This document shows positions 45,716-53,121 of a DNA stretch of 64,000 bases, piece after piece (position 1 is the first letter of the stretch; each line of letters starts with the position of its first letter). The position numbers were made by a program, and so were the translations under genes. The notes below the pieces were generated by a model, which was given only the letters and a program-made list of their open reading frames with translations, did not search any database and was not told the DNA's origin. The DNA is from an uncultured Methanosarcinales archaeon (GTDB lineage Archaea; Nanobdellota; Nanobdellia; Woesearchaeales; UBA583), in NCBI GenBank assembly GCA_964351975.1, contig CAYGPK010000003.1, positions 91,617 to 155,616 of the forward strand. Direction: 5' to 3'.

Positions 45716-48137
45716 CTTTATTTTCTTGTTTTTCTAAATTAATAATCTTTTCAAGGTATGGCATAATATCTTCATTAGTTGTTTTAAAATCTTTTAATTT
45801 GAATAAATCTTCATCTATGTCTAAATTTGAATTATTTCCAAATATTTTTCTAATTTCTTCTGTTCTTTTCTTCTCAAAAAAATCATTTCCCAAAACTAAC
45901 TTTAATCTTTCTACATCTCCATAAAAGTATTCTTCCAATAATGGGATTATTTCTGTGATGAAAATTTCTTTTATATCCTCTTTATTTTTAACTAGCTCTT
46001 CATTACAAAAAAAAGAATGTCCTATTAAATGATCTTTATCTAATAAGAATTCTATTCTATTATTTAAATTCTCAAATAGGGATCTAAGATTAAAACCCTC
46101 TATATCATTACTAATCAATTCAGAATTTGGGAGCATTTCAATAAATCCAAATCTTCTCCTAAGTGCAATATCTAATGTTGCAATACTTTTATCACTTGTA
46201 TTCATAGTTCCAATTATATAAAGATTAGGAGGTATTGTAAATGGTTCATTTGAATAAGGAAGGTTTAATATTAATTCCTCTTTTTCACCTAATCTTTTAT
46301 TTGATTCTAATAATGTAATTAATTCCCCAAATATCTTTGAGATATTTCCTCTATTTATTTCATCTATAATTAAAAAGAAAGGTTTTTCTGTTTCTTTTTC
46401 AATCAAGAAACTTTCTTTTCTTATATTCTCTAAATTTTTATTAAGAAAATTCAAAACTGATTTATAATATGGTTCTAATCCACCTTTGATATATTTAGAG
46501 ACTTCTTGATTAGAATCAAAGAATATTTTTCTTAATGTTTTTATAGATAAACTATGACTTCTATCCTTATTTTTTTTCTCAAAAAAAATAGTTTTATCAT
46601 TGTATTCATAAATTGAAATTTGAGTTCTTTTAGTTGGAATCATAATTACTTCTTCATCTTCTAATTTTTCAAAACATTTTTCTATTAGTTTATTAAAATC
46701 AACTTCTTCTCCTGAAATTCTTGATCTCAAATAATTTTCCTCTGCTAATCTAGAAAATTGTTTAAATATCCCGTCTTCAATTTTATAAGAAATTTCTTTA
46801 TTTCCGTCAATATTGGGTTTAATACCTTCAATAAATTCTTCATACGAATATGATTGATGGAAAGTTATGAACTTAATTCTGTTTTCTTTCTGTAAAGTTT
46901 CAAATATTTCACTTGGAAAGTACTCAATAATTTTATTTTTTATAGAGTAAGTCTTTCCAGTACCAGGAGGACCATATAATATTATTTGTTTTTTGATTTT
47001 TAATAAATTTTTAGGTGAGACATTATTGTCTACAATAGGTAAATTTTCACCTTTATCTATCTCAGTTTTAAAATATGAATGTTTTAAAGTAAATTCATAA
47101 ATCAATCTATCAGCAATTAAATTCTCTTTCATATTATCTTCTTCAGTTGAATTTAATTTTAAATCTGATAAATCTAAATATTTTTTTAATTCATTTATTT
47201 CTTTATTAAAATAATTTTTGTAAGTTTTATAATCAGAAATATTTGCAAATTTTAAAAAATTGTCAACTCTACTATTTTGTATGTAATTTGTTTTTGAACT
47301 TAAATTATATAATCCAAAAATTTCATTTGCTTTACTTGCTAAACCTGGAACTTTTCCCCAGTTAGTTTTATTCTCATATACTGATTCAACAAAATTAAAA
47401 TATGTGGAAATTAGACTTGTACAAAACCCTTTTATAAAATTTCCAATTGATTGTTTATTTTGAGCATTTATATTCTCAGTTAATTCTACAAATAACTTTA
47501 TTATTTCTTCACCATCAAAAAGATTTTTAGTTAAATTATTTAATATGATAAAAAAATTATCTTTAGTTAATCTCTCATTGTTAGAGATTGAATCATTATA
47601 GGAATATCTATTTGAAATGTTATTATTATGAATTATTTCTTTATATTTTTTGTCTATCTCTTTTTTCTCAAGGTCTGATTTTGAATTCCAAAAATTATAT
47701 ATTTGTTCTATATTTCTTTTAATAATCTTAAAATAATTGATGTTGTGTTCATATTCTTTTTGATTTTTAAGGTTATCATTATTAATAAATTCATTCCTGA
47801 TAAGTTCAAGGTTTGAGTCTGTTTCTGATATTTGGTTATTATTTTTAGTTAAAAAATCAATATAAGCTTGAACTACCGCACTAGGCCCTCCATTATGATA
47901 TTTAAGATTAAAATCATTCAAGTCTCCATTAGATAATAATCTTTTTTTAAGTTTAACATAAAAATTTATATCTAATATATGGTAAAAAGATTGAGAAATT
48001 TCATTTTTTTCCATTAACTTATCATTCAATTTATTAAAGTCTTGTAAGTAATAACTAGGTGTTTTAGGTCTAGTTTTTAGAAAATTCTCAAATCTTTCTT
48101 TCAAATTTTCAGTTTTTATTTCATTATTTTTTACCAT
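45705..48137 (-). CDS. mcrB: McrB-like GTPase (AAA+) with ~380-aa uncharacterised N-terminal domain
   Basis: LYGPPGTGKTY, FITFHQSYSYEEFIEGIKP, FLIIDEINRGNISKIFGELITLLE and IIGTMNTSDKSIATLDIALRRRF (McrB signature). The N-terminal 380 aa are helical with no motif recognised. Confidence 0.85.
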   Translation of the reverse strand: MVKNNEIKTENLKERFENFLKTRPKTPSYYLQDFNKLNDKLMEKNEISQSFYHILDINFYVKLKKRLLSNGDLNDFNLKYHNGGPSAVVQAYIDFLTKNNNQISETDSNLELIRNEFINNDNLKNQKEYEHNINYFKIIKRNIEQIYNFWNSKSDLEKKEIDKKYKEIIHNNNISNRYSYNDSISNNERLTKDNFFIILNNLTKNLFDGEEIIKLFVELTENINAQNKQSIGNFIKGFCTSLISTYFNFVESVYENKTNWGKVPGLASKANEIFGLYNLSSKTNYIQNSRVDNFLKFANISDYKTYKNYFNKEINELKKYLDLSDLKLNSTEEDNMKENLIADRLIYEFTLKHSYFKTEIDKGENLPIVDNNVSPKNLLKIKKQIILYGPPGTGKTYSIKNKIIEYFPSEIFETLQKENRIKFITFHQSYSYEEFIEGIKPNIDGNKEISYKIEDGIFKQFSRLAEENYLRSRISGEEVDFNKLIEKCFEKLEDEEVIMIPTKRTQISIYEYNDKTIFFEKKNKDRSHSLSIKTLRKIFFDSNQEVSKYIKGGLEPYYKSVLNFLNKNLENIRKESFLIEKETEKPFFLIIDEINRGNISKIFGELITLLESNKRLGEKEELILNLPYSNEPFTIPPNLYIIGTMNTSDKSIATLDIALRRRFGFIEMLPNSELISNDIEGFNLRSLFENLNNRIEFLLDKDHLIGHSFFCNEELVKNKEDIKEIFITEIIPLLEEYFYGDVERLKLVLGNDFFEKKRTEEIRKIFGNNSNLDIDEDLFKLKDFKTTNEDIMPYLEKIINLEKQENKDEE

Positions 48138-48161
48138 CTTATTTAAATCTCTAATTACTAA

Positions 48162-48169
48162 TTTATATA
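48162..48169 (-). promoter_or_regulatory. possible internal TATA box (TATATAAA on the minus strand) for mcrB
   Basis: 25 nt from minus-strand ATG 48137, in the only 38-nt gap of the gene train. Confidence 0.35.
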
Positions 48170-48175
48170 AGTTTC

Positions 48176-49213
48176 TTATAGGAGAAACTTCAAAATACCT
48201 CTTCTTGGTTCAAATATAATTCCTTCGTGTTTTAATTTTTCAATAATTGAACTTACTAATTTAGGATTTAAACTAAAGTCTTCTGCTCTCAATAAAACAT
48301 CCTCAATTAATATCTCTGGTTGTGAATCTCTAAATTCTTCTATAATTTCAGTAACTTGCTTATATTCACTCCTATCTGAAGTCGTTATTCCTGAAGTTAT
48401 TCTATCTATATCTAATTCTCCTTTTTTTGGATCAATTCCTATCTTCTCAAGACAATAACTATAAAGATCAATTGCACTTTGAACTTCGTTGGCTTCTCCT
48501 AAGTCTTTATCTTGTAATTTAGTATAGTTCTCAGTAATTACCAATATTGAATTAAGTTGTCTAGCTGTTATTAATACTCCTTTAAACTCATCATCATAAG
48601 TTGCATTTCTTATATCCACATAGAATTTTTTTATTTTTTCTAAAACTTCATTGCTTAATTTAACATTTATATTTTTTAGATCATTAAGATTTTTTTTCAA
48701 CTCCTCATCAATACTAGGTAAATTATTATCATTAACATAGTTATTAAATGATTTTTCAGCAATTAATCCATCTCTTTTCTTATCAGGGATGTCTCTCATA
48801 ATAAATATTAAATCGAACCTTGAAAGAACACTAGGACTAAAACTTATTTGCTTTACTATATCTGCATAAGGGTCAAATCTACCTAACTTAGGATTAGCTG
48901 TGGCTAAAATACTTTTTTCTTCATTAAAATATTTCAAACATTCATTATCACTCATCTTATCAAATCCATCCAATAAAATATAATTCTGTGATTTGATTAT
49001 TTTAGTTATTTCTTTTTCTTTTGGAATTTCAATATTTTCAAAATTACTAATGGACTCAATAAATTGAGATTTTCCTGAACCAGGATCACCAATTAATAAT
49101 ATGTTAAATGGTTTTTTTGATAGGAATTGTATAATAAGTGATTCTTTGATTTTACTATATCCAAAAATATTTGGAAAAATTACTTGAGTTATTTTTTCTA
49201 TTTTATCTTTCAT
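48176..49213 (-). CDS. MCM-family AAA+ module lacking the N-terminal OB/Zn domain, with degenerate Walker B, plus C-terminal winged helix
   Basis: ILLIGDPGSGKSQ (Walker A), LLDGFDKM (canonical MCM is DEFDKM), ILATANPKLGRFDP (sensor 1), LSRFDLIFIM (Arg finger), ITARQLNSIL (sensor 2 region). Confidence 0.7.
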   Translation of the reverse strand: MKDKIEKITQVIFPNIFGYSKIKESLIIQFLSKKPFNILLIGDPGSGKSQFIESISNFENIEIPKEKEITKIIKSQNYILLDGFDKMSDNECLKYFNEEKSILATANPKLGRFDPYADIVKQISFSPSVLSRFDLIFIMRDIPDKKRDGLIAEKSFNNYVNDNNLPSIDEELKKNLNDLKNINVKLSNEVLEKIKKFYVDIRNATYDDEFKGVLITARQLNSILVITENYTKLQDKDLGEANEVQSAIDLYSYCLEKIGIDPKKGELDIDRITSGITTSDRSEYKQVTEIIEEFRDSQPEILIEDVLLRAEDFSLNPKLVSSIIEKLKHEGIIFEPRRGILKFLL

Positions 49214-49532
49214 TTTTTAGTAATTTGAACTTCATTTTTAAAATATTAATTAACTTGGGATCATCTTTTTTATAGATATCTTCAATTTCTAATATTTTAA
49301 TTTTTGACATAACTGAGACTTTGTTGTGGAGTTCTAATATCTTGTCATATTGTGCTTCTTCCATAACAAATATACTTTCAGACCAACTTAATTTAGTTTT
49401 TAAATCATCATTAGTATATATTCCAATAAAATCTGTTTTGTCTTGAGGAAACATTTCCTTCCAAAGTTTAGAAGCTGAAGGACTTCTATACTTACCTTGA
49501 TTACAAACAAATAAAATATTCATTCTAAGCAA
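49203..49532 (-). CDS. low-molecular-weight phosphatase-like protein (CX5R)
   Basis: NILFVCNQGKYRSPSA matches the LMW-PTP/ArsC P-loop V-C-X5-R-S. It is only 109 aa. Confidence 0.5.
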   Translation of the reverse strand: MLRMNILFVCNQGKYRSPSASKLWKEMFPQDKTDFIGIYTNDDLKTKLSWSESIFVMEEAQYDKILELHNKVSVMSKIKILEIEDIYKKDDPKLINILKMKFKLLKNER

Positions 49533-49887
49533 TTAATGGCAATCCCATAGGTGTTGTTGAATCTAATGCTAAATGAGATGCATAAGAACAAATCATTGAT
49601 TGAAAATATTTCTTTTGTTTAAAATTTAAATTAGTATTATTTTCTATAGCATTCCACAATTTTGGAAGAAGTAAAGTATTTATTGAAACACTATGTCCTA
49701 TACTTCTATGATTAGGATTTGTAGGTGGATCTATTCTATCTGCTAATAAACCAAAAAAAACAGAACCTAAAGAAACAGCTAATAGTTCACCCAAATCAAA
49801 CTGTTCATTTTGAATTCTATGTTGAATAATATAATTTGAAGTCCCAACTAAACCACCAACTAATGCATGTGTATTTGCATTGGGCAT
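49525..49887 (-). CDS. DUF457/YdjM-like membrane-bound metal-dependent hydrolase
   Basis: N-terminal THALVGG, central HRSIGHS, C-terminal HLALDSTTPMGLPL, which is the characteristic His-rich pattern. Confidence 0.6.
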   Translation of the reverse strand: MPNANTHALVGGLVGTSNYIIQHRIQNEQFDLGELLAVSLGSVFFGLLADRIDPPTNPNHRSIGHSVSINTLLLPKLWNAIENNTNLNFKQKKYFQSMICSYASHLALDSTTPMGLPLIA

Positions 49888-49888
49888 T

Positions 49889-50200
49889 TTACTTTTTACC
49901 TCCTTTTTTGAACTTAGACATAAGTTTGCTTATATTAGTTCTATTTTGAGTAACTTTAGCTATTGGCCTTCCAAAATGTCCTTTAGTTGAAGTTGTTATT
50001 GTAACTTTTTTCCCTTCAATTTTGTTTTTTAAAGTAGATTTTGATTGCTTATATCCACTTTGTCTTTTCTCAGGTGTATTTACCTTCTCCAATCTAATAA
50101 AATTAGAGCCATTTACTTTTCTCTTTACTCTGAAAGTATCTCCGTCAAGAACTTTATCAACAGTTCTTGTAACTTTTGTTGGTTTAGTTTTTCTTACCAT
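49889..50200 (-). CDS. mini thermonuclease (SNase-like) protein
   Basis: VLDGDTFRV...IRLEKVNTPE...FGRPIAKV aligns to the SNase core (DGDT, RLxxxDTPE, YGRxLA), with Asn in place of the Ca-binding Asp of DTPE. A TATA box lies 22 nt upstream. Confidence 0.6.
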   Translation of the reverse strand: MVRKTKPTKVTRTVDKVLDGDTFRVKRKVNGSNFIRLEKVNTPEKRQSGYKQSKSTLKNKIEGKKVTITTSTKGHFGRPIAKVTQNRTNISKLMSKFKKGGKK

Positions 50201-50221
50201 ATAGAAAAATCAATTTTAATA

Positions 50222-50229
50222 TTTATAAA
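50222..50229 (-). promoter_or_regulatory. TATA box (TTTATAAA) for the SNase-like operon
   Basis: 22 nt from minus-strand ATG 50200. Confidence 0.55.
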
Positions 50230-50287
50230 TATTTCTAAATATTGTTATTTTGTTAAATACTAACCTATTTATGTTAGTTACAAAAGA

Positions 50288-50295
50288 TTTATAAA
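50288..50295 (+). promoter_or_regulatory. TATA box (TTTATAAA) for the Csa3-like regulator
   Basis: Ends 22 nt before ATG 50317. Divergent from the box at 50222-50229. Confidence 0.55.
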
Positions 50296-50316
50296 TAATT
50301 AAGTTATTGTTAATTC

Positions 50317-50922
50317 ATGGAAAAAGTTTTATTTGCACCTATTTATGATGGAGATTCAGTATTAAAATTATTATTTGATTTAAATCCAGTAGACAGATTA
50401 GTATTGTTTGTCGATGAAAAGAAACCCACAAAACAATCTGAGTATTATAATTTAGTTTCGGGAGTTGCTAAAAAACAAGGAATTAAGTTTGAAGAAGTAA
50501 TTCTTCCATTATATGATATGGTTGAAATTGCGACAGAAATTAATAAATTAGTTGAAAAATATAAAAAATTTGAAATGTATTTTGATATTTCTAGATCTAA
50601 AAGAACGCAGGGGTTTGCAATATTAAATTATTTATCTGTTAAAAAGCCCGAGAATTTAAAGAATGTAATTTATTATTCTAGATCAGATTCTTTAAATGTT
50701 AATGTTCCAGTTCCTAGAGCAGAAGAATTATCTGAAACTGAAATTAAAGCTTTAAAGTATATTAATAAGAATTCAAAGTTTTTTCAAAAAGACTTAGCTG
50801 AATACCTAAACATGTCAGCAATGCACTCAGGCAGAATATTAGATGGATTAGAGCAAAAGAGACTAATTAATAGAGATTCAGGCTACGAATTAACTGATTT
50901 AGGAGAAATCTATTTATTATAA
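50317..50922 (+). CDS. Csa3-like regulator: N-terminal CARF-like Rossmann domain + C-terminal winged HTH
   Basis: 201 aa. The N-terminal half (VLFAPIYDGDSVLKLL...DRLVLFV...YFDISRSKRTQGFAILNYL) has a Csa3/CARF layout. The C-terminal half (FQKDLAEYLNMSAMHSGRILDGLEQKRLI) is a wHTH. Confidence 0.45.
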   Translation: MEKVLFAPIYDGDSVLKLLFDLNPVDRLVLFVDEKKPTKQSEYYNLVSGVAKKQGIKFEEVILPLYDMVEIATEINKLVEKYKKFEMYFDISRSKRTQGFAILNYLSVKKPENLKNVIYYSRSDSLNVNVPVPRAEELSETEIKALKYINKNSKFFQKDLAEYLNMSAMHSGRILDGLEQKRLINRDSGYELTDLGEIYLL

Positions 50923-50961
50923 TAGTAAGAGTTATAAAATACAAAAAAGAGATAATATAAA

Positions 50962-51216
50962 ATGATAGATGATAATAGTGTTAAAACTTTAGAACTTATA
51001 GAAGTAAAAGAGCTAGGTTATGCATATGGATGGGAAGAAAATCAGTTAATAGGAATTCCAATGAATAAAGATGGAACATTAAGTTATGAATCTTGGTGTA
51101 TTGTTGAATTAATTTCTGAGGAGAGCAAAGATAAAATTCTTGAATTACTTGAAAGCTTTGGATTAAATAAAGAAGAAGCTCAGGATTATCTTGAAGATAA
51201 TATTGAGATAGAGTAA
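50962..51216 (+). CDS. small acidic hypothetical protein
   Basis: 84-aa ORF, strongly acidic, no motif recognised. Confidence 0.4.
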   Translation: MIDDNSVKTLELIEVKELGYAYGWEENQLIGIPMNKDGTLSYESWCIVELISEESKDKILELLESFGLNKEEAQDYLEDNIEIE

Positions 51217-51352
51217 ATTTATATATTAATTAAAAAAAAAAATATCAAAACTGAGATCATCCAATTTATAAAAACTATGGGAAGATTTTAATATCTTTAT
51301 TAAATTTAGAAAAACATAATTTTATATGTTCTGTTAATTTAATATTTTGTAA

Positions 51353-51925
51353 ATGTTTTTGCCAACTAAAATTACAGAGGAGATGTGGAATTATGCAAAA
51401 AAGGAAGCATTGAAAAGAGACCCAGACATCAATCACCATTTTAATGTAGATCATTTTAGTCCTATAGAAAGAGATATGGTTGGATTTGTAGGTGAGTTTT
51501 GTTGTTCTAAACTATTAAATTTAGATTGGAAAAAAAATATTAGAGATAATTATAAAACTATTGATGACAATGATATTATTATTAATAATTATAAAATTGA
51601 TGTCAAAACTGAATCATTACCTTTTGAATATTTAAATAAATTAATTAATAGTTTAATAAATGATGATGAAAAATATGGTAGAAGGTTAATTAATGAAAAT
51701 CAAGTTAAGTTAATCCCTAAATATGATATCACCATTTTTGGTTGTATAGATAGAGACAAAAAAGATAAATGGTACTTTCTAGGTTGGATTGTTAACACAA
51801 AGTTATTAAAATATATTCCAACTAATCTCAGGCCTGATGGAAACTACTATCCTTTTAAAGCATTACCAATAAAAACTTCAGAGCTAAAGAAATTCTCAGA
51901 CTTGATTTCTTATTTAAATAATTAA
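51353..51925 (+). CDS. hypothetical protein, possible PD-(D/E)XK nuclease
   Basis: GFVGEF ... DDNDIIINNYKIDVKTE fits an E...D...(D/E)xK arrangement. Weak. Confidence 0.35.
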   Translation: MFLPTKITEEMWNYAKKEALKRDPDINHHFNVDHFSPIERDMVGFVGEFCCSKLLNLDWKKNIRDNYKTIDDNDIIINNYKIDVKTESLPFEYLNKLINSLINDDEKYGRRLINENQVKLIPKYDITIFGCIDRDKKDKWYFLGWIVNTKLLKYIPTNLRPDGNYYPFKALPIKTSELKKFSDLISYLNN

Positions 51926-53121
51926 TATAATTCTTCAATTTTATTTCTAATTTGGTCAAAATTCATTTCTTCTGTGAAAAAATTTGAATCAAATCCTGTA
52001 TTTAATACAAAGATATAATCTTTTAATGAATAAATAAACTCACTCTGATTCAGGCTAATTTCAATATTTTTTGATTTTGTTATTAAACACAAATACTGGT
52101 AATCTCTATCAACAAAACTAAAATTACTTCTGGGATGTGCTTTTGTTCTATGTTGGCTTGAGGTCAATAATATTAAATTTTCAGTATAAGATTTAATTAA
52201 TGGGAAATCAGAAGAAGGAAAAATATGATGAACTTCATTAGCTAAACCATTAGACAAATCATCAGTTATCTCACTAATAAAATTATAATGCTTTCTAATA
52301 ATATTTTTAGCTTTTTGCTCAGTATATTTAAAAGAATTTTCTTCTAATAATCTAATTTCATTCTTAGCCCTTATTTCATATTCTGCTCTAGTTTCACTAT
52401 TTAATTTTTGAATATCTCTCCAATTTTTTCTATTATACATTAGCTGATCATAAGTTATTATGTCTAACGATAAAGTTCCTCTTATAGTGCCTTTTTTATT
52501 AAATTTATATGCAATAGGATTTAAAATTTTAGTAAAAATTCTTCTTACCTCAGTTTTACCATTTATAGGAGTTGATTCAATTATAAAATTCTCATAGTTT
52601 GTCTTTAAGTTTATGAAACTCATTCTATCTTGTCTTTCTAAGAAATTTTTAAATTCATTGTATATTTCTGAGTCTTTTAGAACTTTAATTAAATATTCCT
52701 GAATAAATTTTAATGAATTTCTTTCTCTTATAGATATAAAATTTAAAATTTTTTCGTTTTCAAGTTTATAATAACATCTACTTCCTATTTTTGATTCAGT
52801 AAGGACACCTGAATATGCTAACATTTTTAATGGTTGTTGGAAAAATTTATCGTATTCATTTGAAGCATTTTGATTATTAATACCAGGTTTTGAAAATATC
52901 ATTTTAACATTACTAGAAGTATATTCTAAATTCCATATCTCTCTAGATGTAAATTTATTCTTTTTAATAGGAAATGCTTCTATTAAATTTAATATACAAT
53001 CTGCTATAATACATAAAACATCAGGAGTAACTTTTTGATCTGTAAATCTAGCATTATGTGATTCTCTAATATCATAATTTTTTGAATTAAGTAAATTATT
53101 TATTTCTTCCTCAATTTCCAT
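51922..53121 (-). CDS. HNH-motif restriction endonuclease candidate
   Basis: C-terminal NEVHHIFPSSDF...ENLILLTSSQHRTKAHP (H-N-H). It overlaps the methyltransferase gene by 11 nt. Confidence 0.65.
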   Translation of the reverse strand: MEIEEEINNLLNSKNYDIRESHNARFTDQKVTPDVLCIIADCILNLIEAFPIKKNKFTSREIWNLEYTSSNVKMIFSKPGINNQNASNEYDKFFQQPLKMLAYSGVLTESKIGSRCYYKLENEKILNFISIRERNSLKFIQEYLIKVLKDSEIYNEFKNFLERQDRMSFINLKTNYENFIIESTPINGKTEVRRIFTKILNPIAYKFNKKGTIRGTLSLDIITYDQLMYNRKNWRDIQKLNSETRAEYEIRAKNEIRLLEENSFKYTEQKAKNIIRKHYNFISEITDDLSNGLANEVHHIFPSSDFPLIKSYTENLILLTSSQHRTKAHPRSNFSFVDRDYQYLCLITKSKNIEISLNQSEFIYSLKDYIFVLNTGFDSNFFTEEMNFDQIRNKIEELY

